From: Gemmatimonadaceae bacterium | Lineage (GTDB): Bacteria > Gemmatimonadota > Gemmatimonadetes > Gemmatimonadales > Gemmatimonadaceae | NCBI GenBank assembly: GCA_035698205.1 | Contig: DASSBZ010000017.1 | Coordinates: 1 to 28,506 of the forward strand | Length of the DNA: 28,506 nucleotides | Direction: 5' to 3' | Shown: one piece after another, positions 18,489-27,478 of the stretch | How the letters are laid out: each line of letters begins with the position of its first letter | Numbering within the stretch: position 1 is the first letter of the stretch | Position numbers and translations under genes: made by a program | The notes under the pieces: generated by a model | What the model was told of the DNA's origin: nothing | Database searches by the model: none | What the model saw: the letters and a program-made list of their open reading frames with translations, nothing else

Positions 18489-19724
18489 ATGTCGCGACTC
18501 GGCATCGGGTTCATCGGATCCGGTTTCAATACACGCTTTCACCTGCAGGCGCTGGTGGCGGTTCGTGACGTCGACGTCTACGGCATCTGGTCGCCCACGT
18601 CGAAGAATGCCGCCGCCACGGCGCGCTTCGCGCGCGAACTCGGCGTGGGCCCCGCCGAGCCGTTTCGCACCATCACTGACATGGTCGCCGATCCCCGGAT
18701 CGACGCGATCTGGCTGTGCGGGCCGAACCAGGCACGCGTCGAGAACGTGGAGGAGATCGTCCACGCAATGGAAAGCGGTGCCGGAACATTGCGTGCGATC
18801 GCCGTGGAGAAGCCGCTCGCACGCAACGTTGCCGAGGCGAAGCAGGTACTGGCGCTGATCGAGCGCGCCGGGCTCGCGCACGGCTACCTGGAGAACCAGG
18901 CGTTCGCGCCGCAGGTGGAGCACGGTCGTGCGCTCATCTGGGCGCGCGGTGCCGCGCTGACCGGGCGTCCCTTTCTCGCCCGCGCCTCCGAAGAGCACAG
19001 TGGACCACATTCGCCCTGGTTCTGGCAGGGGAAGTTGCAGGGGGGCGGCGTGCTGAACGACATGATGTGCCACAGCGCGCTCGTCGTCCGGCAGTTGCTG
19101 ACCAGGCCCGGTGATTCGTTGTCGACGTTGAAGCTGACGAACGTCACCGGCCACATCGCCAGCCTCAAATGGTCACGACCGGCCTATGCGAAGCAACTTC
19201 GCGCGCGGATGGGCAAGGAGGTTGATTACACGAAGCGCCCATCCGAGGATTTCGCCAGCCTGACGCTCGAGTTCGAAACCCCCGACGGCCATGTTGTCAT
19301 CGGCGAGGCATCCACGTCGTGGAGCTTCGTTGGGGCCGGGCTGCGACTGTCGGCCGAACTGCTGGGTCCTGAATACTCGATGTCGTGGAACACGCTCGAC
19401 TCCGGGCTCAACCTCTTCTTCTCGCGCGAGGTGAAGGGGAAGACCGGTGAAGATCTGGTGGAAAAGCAGAACGCCGAGATGGGGCTGATGCCGGTGGTGG
19501 CCAACGAACCGTCGGTCTACGGCTACGAGGGCGAAGATCGCCACATGGTGCGCTGCTTCCTCACGGGCGAGACGCCGTCGCTCACGCTGCACGACGGACT
19601 CGATGTCGTACGCATCCTCATGGCGGCATACATGAGCGCGGAGTCGGGAAAAACGGTGTCGTTCCCGCCACGCGGTCTCGACCGGTTCGTCCCCGCGGTC
19701 GCGCAGGGCACATGGAAGCCATGA
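18489..19724 (+). CDS. Gfo/Idh/MocA-family NAD(P)-dependent oxidoreductase (no signal peptide)
   Basis: N-terminal Rossmann GIGFIGSGFNTRFHLQAL, EKPLA motif, and length near 411 aa. ATG at 18489 with GGGAG 6 nt upstream. The ORF-track start at 17889 is an overextension. Confidence 0.85.
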   Translation: MSRLGIGFIGSGFNTRFHLQALVAVRDVDVYGIWSPTSKNAAATARFARELGVGPAEPFRTITDMVADPRIDAIWLCGPNQARVENVEEIVHAMESGAGTLRAIAVEKPLARNVAEAKQVLALIERAGLAHGYLENQAFAPQVEHGRALIWARGAALTGRPFLARASEEHSGPHSPWFWQGKLQGGGVLNDMMCHSALVVRQLLTRPGDSLSTLKLTNVTGHIASLKWSRPAYAKQLRARMGKEVDYTKRPSEDFASLTLEFETPDGHVVIGEASTSWSFVGAGLRLSAELLGPEYSMSWNTLDSGLNLFFSREVKGKTGEDLVEKQNAEMGLMPVVANEPSVYGYEGEDRHMVRCFLTGETPSLTLHDGLDVVRILMAAYMSAESGKTVSFPPRGLDRFVPAVAQGTWKP

Positions 19725-19734
19725 CCGGCTCCTC

Positions 19735-20298
19735 ATGAGCACGTTCTTTCTCACCTGCGCGATTCTTGGCGGCAGTATTGTCGTCATCCAGTTCGTGCTG
19801 GGCATCGTCGGCGGACACATGCTCGTCGACGCCGACGATGCGATCGACACCGGCGTGCACGATGGCCTCGACCTGCGGAGCATCCGCGCGCTGTCCGCCG
19901 GACTTGCCTTCTTCGGAGTGGGCGGGCTGCTGGGACTGCAACTCGGCATCGGAGTCGTGCTCGCGACGGCGCTGGCGATTGCCGCGGGCGGCGCTGCATC
20001 GATGGCCACCGCCGCGGCGCTGCGCGCCATCCGGCGCCTCGAGCGCGACGGGACCATCTCGCTCCAGAACGCGGTCGGCACCTCCGGCACCGTCTACGTC
20101 TCCATTCCCGGCGAACGATCGGGCGCCGGCAAGGTCCACCTCAGCGTCCAGAACCGGTTCATGGAGTGCGCCGCTGTCACCCCTGGCGCTTCCCTCGCCG
20201 CCGGCGCTCCCGTGCTCGTGATCGACGTGTCGAGTTCCGACACGCTCGTCGTCGTTCCAAACCCCACGTTGATCGAGGAATCCGATGCCACGTCCTGA
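19735..20298 (+). CDS. NfeD-family membrane protein (OB-fold C-terminus)
   Basis: Two or three N-terminal TM helices. C-terminal beta-rich GTVYVSIPG...GAPVLVIDV domain. Located immediately upstream of, and overlapping, the flotillin gene, which is the classic NfeD-SPFH pairing. Confidence 0.75.
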   Translation: MSTFFLTCAILGGSIVVIQFVLGIVGGHMLVDADDAIDTGVHDGLDLRSIRALSAGLAFFGVGGLLGLQLGIGVVLATALAIAAGGAASMATAAALRAIRRLERDGTISLQNAVGTSGTVYVSIPGERSGAGKVHLSVQNRFMECAAVTPGASLAAGAPVLVIDVSSSDTLVVVPNPTLIEESDATS

Positions 20299-21946
20299 TG
20301 TAGTCCTCCTGCTGCAGGGGGGCGTGATCGAGAATCTCCCCCTCATGTCCGTCGTGATTCCGGCACTGGTGGTGCTCGTGGTCGGCGGGCTGGTCGCCCT
20401 GGTTGCCGCACGCTACAAGCGCTGCCCCGCCAACCGCGTGCTCGTCATCTCCGGCAAGGTCGCCGGGGAGGAGAGCGCGCGCTGCATCTCGGGTGGCGGC
20501 GCATTCATCTTCCCGATCATCCAGGAGTACGCGTACCTCTCGCTGGAGCCGATCCAGATTGACATCCCGCTCAAGGATGCGCTCTCGCTCGAGAACATTC
20601 GCGTCGCGGTGCCCAGCGTGTTCACGGTGGCCATCGGCACCGAGGCGGACATCAGGCAGAACGCCGCGATCCGCCTCCTCGGCCTCACCTACGAGCAGAT
20701 TCGCCGCCAGGCCCAGGACATCATCTTCGGACAGTTGCGGCAGGTGATCGCCTCGATGCGCATCGAGGAGATCAACCGTGATCGCGACGGCTTCCTCCAC
20801 AAGATCCTGACATCGCTGGAGCCGGAACTGAAGAAGATCGGCCTCGTGCTGATCAACGTGAACATCACGGACCTCAAGGACGACAGCGGTTATATAGAGG
20901 CGATCGGCAAGAAGGCCGCCGCCATGGCAGTGCAGCAGGCGCGTGGCGACGTGGCGGAGCAGGAGAAGCTGGGTGAAGTGCGCGTCGCCGAAGCCGATCG
21001 CGATCGCACCGTGGCCGTCGCCGACGCGAACAAGCTTCGCGAGATCGGGGTGCGGGAGGCCGACCGCGAGAAGCTCGTGCGCATCGCGGAACTCGACAAG
21101 GAGCAGCAGGTAGGCGAGCAGCGCGCGGCCTACGAGCGCGAGGCCATCATCAAGGATGCCGAACGCGAGAAGCGCGTCGCCATGGCCGATGCCGAGGCGA
21201 AGGCAATCGACGGCGAAGCGCACTCGCTGGCGCTCGTCGCTGCCTCACGCGCCACGCTGGCGGTGAAGGAAGCCGACGCCTACCAGCTTGCCGAGACGCG
21301 CAAGCGGGAAGCCGAAGCGCTGGTGCAGGAAGCGCAGAACCGGGCGATGGCGCGGGCAGCAATCGCCGAGGCCGAGCGGGTGGAAGCCGAGCGTCGCGCG
21401 GAGCTCGAGGCACCAGCGAAGGCTGCCAAGGCAACGACCATCGTGGAGGCCGAGGCTTCGGCCGAGCGCGTGCGGATCGCCGCCGAAGCGGAGGCTCGGG
21501 CGATCTACGTGAAGCTCGAGGCCGAAGCGCGGGGCGAGTACGAGATTCTCGCGCGCAAGGCCGATGCGATGCGGCAGCTTGTCGAAGCCGCCGGCGGCGC
21601 GCGCGAGGCCTATCAGTTGCTGATGCTCGAACACCTCGACACGCTCGCCGAGACGTCGGCCAAGGCCATCTCGAACATCAAGTTCGACAAGGTTGTGGTC
21701 TGGGACAGCGGGCGCGATGGCGGGAGCGGCGGTGCTGCCGGATTCCTGCAGAGCATGGCCCAGACCATGCCGCCGATCATGAACGTGCTCCGCGATATCG
21801 GGGGCATCGACCTGCCGGGCTTCGGGGCGCCGGTGGAGCGGGAGATCGTGCTCGATGGCGCCGATGACGTGCCGGTGCCGGTGTCCTCGCGGAAGACGGG
21901 AACGGCCGGCGCGGTGTCGAAGTCCGACAGCGCGGCGAGCAACTGA
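20285..21946 (+). CDS. Flotillin-like SPFH/band-7 domain protein with long EA-rich coiled coil
   Basis: N-terminal TM MSVVIPALVVLVVGGLVALVAARYKRCPANRVLVISGK resembles the FloT start. SPFH core. EAEARA/AEAER-rich coiled-coil tail. ATG at 20285 has a GAGGAA Shine-Dalgarno; the alternative start is ATG at 20345. Confidence 0.85.
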   Translation: MPRPDVVLLLQGGVIENLPLMSVVIPALVVLVVGGLVALVAARYKRCPANRVLVISGKVAGEESARCISGGGAFIFPIIQEYAYLSLEPIQIDIPLKDALSLENIRVAVPSVFTVAIGTEADIRQNAAIRLLGLTYEQIRRQAQDIIFGQLRQVIASMRIEEINRDRDGFLHKILTSLEPELKKIGLVLINVNITDLKDDSGYIEAIGKKAAAMAVQQARGDVAEQEKLGEVRVAEADRDRTVAVADANKLREIGVREADREKLVRIAELDKEQQVGEQRAAYEREAIIKDAEREKRVAMADAEAKAIDGEAHSLALVAASRATLAVKEADAYQLAETRKREAEALVQEAQNRAMARAAIAEAERVEAERRAELEAPAKAAKATTIVEAEASAERVRIAAEAEARAIYVKLEAEARGEYEILARKADAMRQLVEAAGGAREAYQLLMLEHLDTLAETSAKAISNIKFDKVVVWDSGRDGGSGGAAGFLQSMAQTMPPIMNVLRDIGGIDLPGFGAPVEREIVLDGADDVPVPVSSRKTGTAGAVSKSDSAASN

Positions 21947-21954
21947 GGTCAGGG

Positions 21955-21990
21955 GGCCGGCATCGCGGATGATGCCGGCCAACTGTTGGT
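21955..21990 (+). terminator. putative intrinsic terminator after the flotillin gene
   Basis: Perfect 10-bp inverted repeat ggccggcatc / gatgccggcc with a 6-nt loop (21955-21980), followed by aactgttggt, 9 nt after the stop codon. The tail is only weakly T-rich, as expected in high-GC genomes. Confidence 0.45.
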
Positions 21991-22044
21991 GCAGCGAGAC
22001 TGCCCGGACGCTCCATCTCAGGAATCACAACAGCAGCGACACCG

Positions 22045-22449
22045 TCAGTCGAGCCCCGTGAGTGAGAAACGGTATGTGAACGTGCTGTCAAAGAAGAAAT
22101 ACACCGCGGGGTAGTCGCCCAGTTCAAAGGGACGGAGCACCCAGGCGTACCCCGCCTGCACCACGAAGCCATCCTGAATCTGCTTCGTGCTGTCTGCCGG
22201 GGACAGCGACCCATTGTACGAAGCAACAATGGCATCGCAGACCGTGCTGTCTGTTTCCATCCGCACGACGGCGGGCTTGTAGGGAATTCCATTCGAGACG
22301 AGAGCCGCTGAATCGCTGAACGACAGCGTGCCATGTACGAACGCGACGAGTCCGGCGGTGTCGCCAGTCGTCAGGCAGGACTGGACGATGGATCGACTGT
22401 TCTCCCCGGAGAGCGTACCAACTGTGGCAGCCAGCAGGGCCGTTGCCAC
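22045..22449 (-). CDS. hypothetical small beta-rich, possibly secreted protein in a lower-GC islet
   Basis: 134-codon ORF with an alternative (GTG) start. Local GC is near 57% against about 70% in the flanks. Ser/Thr/Gly/Phe/Tyr-rich with two Cys. Hydrophobic N-terminus ATALLAATVGTLSG. No recognisable family and no clear ribosome-binding site. Confidence 0.35.
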   Translation of the reverse strand: MATALLAATVGTLSGENSRSIVQSCLTTGDTAGLVAFVHGTLSFSDSAALVSNGIPYKPAVVRMETDSTVCDAIVASYNGSLSPADSTKQIQDGFVVQAGYAWVLRPFELGDYPAVYFFFDSTFTYRFSLTGLD

Positions 22450-22588
22450 GATGATCGACGCGCGAGTAGACAGATGCAGGGTAGCCTCGGAGCGAAGTTC
22501 AGCAGGTAGCGCCTCATCCGGAGGCCCTCGGTCGTGGGCTATTCATACCGTAGCAGTATCGCCAACGATCTGCGGCTCGACGCCTCGG

Positions 22589-23278
22589 TCACATCGCCGA
22601 CATCGCAGCGCTCCCCGCCAGCCGTGCCACCCGGGCGTGCAGCTCCCGCACCCCCGTCAGCGCCACGAGACGTGCGGCGTGATCCGCGCTCACGCCGCCG
22701 CACGCAACGATGCCGATGCGTCCGTCGCTGCGCTCAACAGTCCCACGGATGGCGCCGACCGCGTCGATCGCCCGAGCACCGCCACCCGAGGTAAGAATCC
22801 GCCGCACGCCGCACTCGATCAATCGACGAACCGCGTCGTCGTCGCGTATCAGGTCGAAGGCCCTGTGAAACGTGACCGGCAGCGGACCCGCGGCAGCGAC
22901 CAGCCGACCCAGCAGCTGCGCATCGACCTGCCCACCGGTGGTGAGCGCGCCGGTCACGATGCCGCTGGCTCCGAGTTCACGCACGCGCGCCACATCGGCA
23001 AGCATGATGTCGGCCTCGCGATCAGTGAACACGAAGTCGCCGCCGCGCGGACGCACCATGACGAACACCGGGATCCGGACCCGTCCGCAGACCTCGGCAA
23101 CCAGCGCATCGTCGGGCGTGGTACCGCCGAGGTCGAGCCGGGCGCAAAGCTCCAGCCGCGCCGCCCCGCCCCGCTCCGCCGCCTCGGCCTCCGCCGTGCC
23201 TTCGACACAGGCTTCCACCAGCACACGCGGAGGGCGCCCTCCCGCCCGGCCAACGTGAGGAATACGTTCGGAGCGCAT
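22589..23278 (-). CDS. cutC: CutC-family copper homeostasis protein (TIM barrel)
   Basis: VLVEACVEGTAEA...GAARLELCARLDLGGTTP matches the CutC N-terminal signature. Length 229 aa. ATG at 23278. Confidence 0.85.
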   Translation of the reverse strand: MRSERIPHVGRAGGRPPRVLVEACVEGTAEAEAAERGGAARLELCARLDLGGTTPDDALVAEVCGRVRIPVFVMVRPRGGDFVFTDREADIMLADVARVRELGASGIVTGALTTGGQVDAQLLGRLVAAAGPLPVTFHRAFDLIRDDDAVRRLIECGVRRILTSGGGARAIDAVGAIRGTVERSDGRIGIVACGGVSADHAARLVALTGVRELHARVARLAGSAAMSAM

Positions 23279-23322
23279 CGCACACCGTACAACGCCGACC
23301 CGTCCAACGCCAGACTTCCGTC

Positions 23323-24585
23323 ATGCCTCTCACGCATCGTGTGCTTATCGCGGCGCTGGCCATCGCCACCGCCTCCCCTGCAATCCCGGTCCTTGCGCAG
23401 TCCGGCGCCGCGCAGTGCGCTCCCGACAATGCGGGTCTCACGCTCCCCGCCGGCTTTTGCGCGCAGATAGTGGCCGACAGCGTTGGCAATCCGCGACACG
23501 TGGTCGTGGCGCCCAACGGCGACGTGTACGTTGCGTTGCGCCGGGCAGCCGCGGGTTCCGGGGTGATGGCGCTGCGTGACACGAACGGCGACGGCGTGGC
23601 CGATGAGCGGCACACGTTCGGTGTGGGTGCCGGCTCCGGGATCGCACTCGCGAACGGCGTGCTGTACTTCGCGACCGACACGTCGGTTGTGCGCTGGCGC
23701 CTCGCGCCGGGCGCGCTCGTCCCGACCGGGGAGCCCGAAGTGGTGGTGAGCGGCCTGGCGCGCGGCCGCGCGCATTCGGCCAAGACCATCGCCATCGCGA
23801 ACGATGGGGCGCTGTTCGTGAACATCGGTGCGCCGTCCAACTCCTGCCAGTCTCGCGACCGTCAGTCCAAGGTGCCGGGGATGGATCCCTGCACGCTGCT
23901 CGATACCGCCGGCGGGATCTGGCGGTTCAGCACCGGGCGCACGGGCCAGCGTCAGTCCGACGGCGAACGGTGGGCGACCGGGTTGCGCAACGTCGTGGCG
24001 ATCACGCTCGGCCCCGACGGTGCCACCCCGTGGGGGGCGCAGCACGGCCGCGACATGCTGAGCGCCAACTGGGGATTCGACGAGGCCTACAACGCCGAGA
24101 ACCCCGGCGAGGAGCTCTTCCGGATCACGCAAGGCAGCGATTTCGGGTGGCCCACCTGCTACTGGTCGACCGCGCTGAAGAAAAAGGTGCTGGCTCCGGA
24201 GTACGGCGGCGACGGCACGGAGGTGGGGCGCTGCGCCGATGTGGGGCAGCCGCTCGTCACCTTCCCCGGCCACTGGGCGCCTAACGCGATGCTGTTCTAC
24301 GGCGGGGCGCAGTTCCCCGAGCGCTACCGCGGCGGCATCTTCGTGGCGTTCCACGGCTCGTGGAACCGCGCGCCACTCCCCCAGGCCGGCTTCAACGTGG
24401 TGTTCGTCCCCATGGCGAACGGCGCGCCGTCCGGCCCATACGAGGTGTTCGCCGACGGCTTCCGCGACGACGAACGTCGCCCGCACCGACCGAGCGGGCT
24501 CGCCGTGGCGCCGGATGGATCACTCGTGGTCACGGATGATACGCGGGGACGGGTCTATCGGATTTCGTATACGGGGGGACGCTAG
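23323..24585 (+). CDS. Secreted PQQ-dependent sugar (glucose/sorbosone) dehydrogenase-like beta-propeller
   Basis: Signal peptide MPLTHRVLIAALAIATASPAIPVLAQS. GSDH-family motifs (GLRNVVAITLGPDG, GSDFGWP, LVVTDDTRGRVYRI). Confidence 0.85.
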   Translation: MPLTHRVLIAALAIATASPAIPVLAQSGAAQCAPDNAGLTLPAGFCAQIVADSVGNPRHVVVAPNGDVYVALRRAAAGSGVMALRDTNGDGVADERHTFGVGAGSGIALANGVLYFATDTSVVRWRLAPGALVPTGEPEVVVSGLARGRAHSAKTIAIANDGALFVNIGAPSNSCQSRDRQSKVPGMDPCTLLDTAGGIWRFSTGRTGQRQSDGERWATGLRNVVAITLGPDGATPWGAQHGRDMLSANWGFDEAYNAENPGEELFRITQGSDFGWPTCYWSTALKKKVLAPEYGGDGTEVGRCADVGQPLVTFPGHWAPNAMLFYGGAQFPERYRGGIFVAFHGSWNRAPLPQAGFNVVFVPMANGAPSGPYEVFADGFRDDERRPHRPSGLAVAPDGSLVVTDDTRGRVYRISYTGGR

Positions 24586-24829
24586 GGAACAGCATGCTGC
24601 GTGCTTCACGCTGTATGCTGTACGCTGCGCGCCTCATCGTAAGGAGTGCGAAGCACGCATCGGCTTGACGGGGCGCGGCATGCAGCATGCAGCAGCCGGA
24701 GGCAGCAACAAAAGACCTGCCCCCGAGTGCTGCATGCAGCCGCCCCGTGTAGCGACCGCCGAACCGCTCCATGAATCCGGATGCACGCAGCCACCAGCAT
24801 ACAGCGTGTAGCACGCAGCATGCTGTTCC
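24586..24829. repeat. 244-bp element bounded by 35-nt near-perfect terminal inverted repeats (MITE-like or structured RNA)
   Basis: 24586-24620 ggaacagcatgctgcgtgcttcacgctgtatgctg is the reverse complement of 24795-24829 with one mismatch. The interior is rich in CAGCATGC/GCATGCAG motifs. It fills the gap between two convergent stop codons. Confidence 0.6.
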
Positions 24830-24848
24830 ATAGCCTGCTTCATCCGAT

Positions 24849-26177
24849 TTAATAGTTCCGATACTCCGGCATGAGGAACTCGCTCGGAACATCGGCCCCC
24901 GATATCTCCCCGGTCGCCGGATTCACCATCACCGCCCGTCCGGTGCGCACGGCCAGGTTGCCCAGCAGCACCATCTGCGTGAGCGGCCCGGCATGGCCGT
25001 CGAAGCTCGAGCCCCCGGTCGTGCCGTTTTTGCACGCTGCGATCCACTCGGCGTAGACGCTTTCCACCCGCGGATACTTCTCCGCAGGCGGGTTCGCCTT
25101 CACCGCGGCATCCTGTTCCGGGTCGAGCAGCCGCGGATTCTGTCCGTACATGCCGGCAATCAGCTTCCCCTTGTCGCCGACCCAGAGCTGGCCACCATCG
25201 GCGAACGCCGGCCACACCGCCGTCTGCGGCACCTCGGGCGGTCGCTGCGGGAACATGCTCCCGTCGCGCCATACCACCGTCACCGCCGGCCGGCCATTGC
25301 GTTCCGGAAACTCATAGGTGATCCGCGACGAGGCGGGAGCGGTCTCCGTGTAGAGCTTCGTGCTCTCGGGCACGATGCTCGTCGGAAAGCCCAGGTCGAG
25401 CGTCCAGAACGCGGCGTCCATGGCATGGCAGGCGATATCACCGAGCGCGCCCGTCCCGAAGTCCCACCAACCCCGCCAGCGGAACGGCGCATACGCCGGA
25501 TGATAGGGCCGCTCCGGTGCCGGACCGAGCCAGAGATTCCAGTCCAGCGTGGCGGGGGGCGTGTGCATCTCCGTCGGGCGCTCGATGGCCTGCGGCCAGA
25601 TGGGACGGTCGGTCCAGTAGTGCACCTCGCGCACGGGGCCGATCAGTCCCGCCTCCACCCATTCGCGGATCTGCCGCGTGCCCTCAGCGGCGTGCCCCTG
25701 GTTCCCCATCTGCGTCGCGACCTTCGTCGTCTTTGCCTTCGCCATCACCTGGCGGACTTCGCCGATGGTGCGCGCCAGCGGCTTCTGGCAGTAGACGTGC
25801 TTGCCCAGCGAGAGTGCGGCCATCACCACCGAGGCATGTACATGATCCGGCGTTGAGACCGTGATCGCGTCGATGTCGCGCTCCTTGTCCAGCAGCTCGC
25901 GAAAATCCTTGTAGCGCGTCGCCTTGGGAAAGTTGCGGAACGAGTCGGCCGCGGAGCGCTCGTCCACGTCACAGAGTGCGACGATGTTCTCCGTGCGCCC
26001 CATGCCGTTGACATCGTTGCGCCCCATCCCGCCCACGCCCACGCACGCCACGTTGAGCGTATCGCTTGGCGCCTGGAAGCCATGACCGAGTACGTGCCGT
26101 GGCACGATGGTGAATGCGAGCCCCGCACGGGCGAGGTCGCCGACGAATTCGCGACGATCGATCGGGTTGATGGCCAT
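24849..26177 (-). CDS. Tat-exported Gfo/Idh/MocA-family oxidoreductase (glycoside 3-dehydrogenase-like)
   Basis: Twin-arginine signal MAINPIDRREFVGDLARAGLAFT. Rossmann VACVGVGGMGRNDV. CQKPLA motif. Length 442 aa. ATG at 26177. Confidence 0.85.
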   Translation of the reverse strand: MAINPIDRREFVGDLARAGLAFTIVPRHVLGHGFQAPSDTLNVACVGVGGMGRNDVNGMGRTENIVALCDVDERSAADSFRNFPKATRYKDFRELLDKERDIDAITVSTPDHVHASVVMAALSLGKHVYCQKPLARTIGEVRQVMAKAKTTKVATQMGNQGHAAEGTRQIREWVEAGLIGPVREVHYWTDRPIWPQAIERPTEMHTPPATLDWNLWLGPAPERPYHPAYAPFRWRGWWDFGTGALGDIACHAMDAAFWTLDLGFPTSIVPESTKLYTETAPASSRITYEFPERNGRPAVTVVWRDGSMFPQRPPEVPQTAVWPAFADGGQLWVGDKGKLIAGMYGQNPRLLDPEQDAAVKANPPAEKYPRVESVYAEWIAACKNGTTGGSSFDGHAGPLTQMVLLGNLAVRTGRAVMVNPATGEISGADVPSEFLMPEYRNY

Positions 26178-26231
26178 GATCTCGGGATGCGTAACCGGTG
26201 AGTGACTACGGGATGGACGGTCGAAGATCGA

Positions 26232-27458
26232 TCAGAGCGGCACCACCGCCGGCACGTCGTCGCGGCGCGGGCGGAAGAGCAGCAGGAAGAGCACGAACAC
26301 GAGCGCGGCACCGATGGCCGGCACCAGCCACGCCGACTGCCAGTCGTGCAGCACCGCCGGGCAGGCCGCGGCCGCCGCATCGGCCACCGTACAGTCGGGA
26401 TTGGGCGTCGAGTATCGGTTGACCACGGCGCCCGAAATGAACGCACCGATGAAGTAGCCGACGCCGTTCGTGACGAAGTTGATGAACCCCTGCGCCGCGG
26501 CGCGAATGCGCTCCCCCGCCCGCAGGTCCGTGTAGATCTGCCCGGCCACGAAGAAGAAATCGTAGCACACGCCATGGAGCAGGATGCCGGCGTAGAGCAA
26601 CCACATGCCGCCGCCCGCGTCACCGTTGCTGAACGCGAGATAGCGCAGGCTCCACGCCGCCATGCCCGCGAGCATGATCGCCTTGATGCCGAAGCGCTTG
26701 AGCGCGAACGGCAGCAGCAGCATGAAGGCGAACTCCGACATCTGGCCGAACGTCATGATGAACGCCGGCTCGGCCACGCCGATCTCGTTGAGGAACGGGT
26801 TGGCGAAGGTGTAGTAGAACTGGAGCGGAATGCAGAGCAGGAACGAACCGAGCACGAACACCAGGAAGTCCTTCTCCCGCAGGAGCTGCAGCGCGTCGAG
26901 GCCGAGCGCGTCGCGCCAACTGAACGGCGCCCCGGCGGCGCGCGGCGGCGTGTGCGGCAGCATCAGCGCGAACAGCCCGAGCGCGAACGACGCGATGGAC
27001 GCAAGCCGCATCGGCGTTGCCTGCGCTTCCGCCTGCAGCACCTTGCCGACGATCACCCCGGCCACGATCCAGCCGATCGTGCCCAGCACGCGGATGAGCG
27101 GAAACTCCTTCCGCGCATCGCGAATGTGGTGGAAGGAGATCGAGTTCGTGAGCGACAGCGTGGGCATGTAGCACAGCGCGTACAGGATCAGCAGCGGATA
27201 GAAGCTGCCGAAGGTCGTCCGCGTCGATACCACCCACATGATCGTGCCCCCCGCCACGTGCAGCAGCGCCAGCAGCCGCTCCGACGCGAAGAACCGGTCG
27301 GCAACCATGCCGATGAAGAACGGCGAGACCAGCGCCGCAATCGCCGTGGCCCCGTACGACAGCCCGATCTGCTGGTCGGTGAAGCGCAGCGTCTGCCCGA
27401 GATACGTCCCCATCGTCACGAACCACGCCCCCCAGACGAAGTACTGGAGGAACATCAT
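26232..27458 (-). CDS. MFS transporter of the nucleoside:H+ symporter (NHS) family
   Basis: [21 protein letters not shown]-terminus typical of NupG/XapB/YegT-type transporters; 12 predicted TM segments. The start is ATG at 27458 or 27455. The ORF-track N-terminal 83 aa is an Arg-rich overextension. Confidence 0.85.
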   Translation of the reverse strand: MMFLQYFVWGAWFVTMGTYLGQTLRFTDQQIGLSYGATAIAALVSPFFIGMVADRFFASERLLALLHVAGGTIMWVVSTRTTFGSFYPLLILYALCYMPTLSLTNSISFHHIRDARKEFPLIRVLGTIGWIVAGVIVGKVLQAEAQATPMRLASIASFALGLFALMLPHTPPRAAGAPFSWRDALGLDALQLLREKDFLVFVLGSFLLCIPLQFYYTFANPFLNEIGVAEPAFIMTFGQMSEFAFMLLLPFALKRFGIKAIMLAGMAAWSLRYLAFSNGDAGGGMWLLYAGILLHGVCYDFFFVAGQIYTDLRAGERIRAAAQGFINFVTNGVGYFIGAFISGAVVNRYSTPNPDCTVADAAAAACPAVLHDWQSAWLVPAIGAALVFVLFLLLFRPRRDDVPAVVPL

Positions 27459-27478
27459 CGTCGACAGCCGGAAGCGTA

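Noticed and set aside
20296-20300. TGATG stop/start overlap at the NfeD stop
   Set aside because: The ATG at 20298 is out of frame with the flotillin ORF. The in-frame start is ATG at 20285 (or 20345).
22505-22535. gaggccctc-type imperfect palindrome downstream of cutC
   Set aside because: Only 3-4 contiguous base pairs. Not convincing as a terminator or operator.
24630-24700. Possible small ORF inside the IR element (aaggag ... atg)
   Set aside because: Very short, no codon-bias signal, and embedded in a palindromic repeat. More likely structural than coding.
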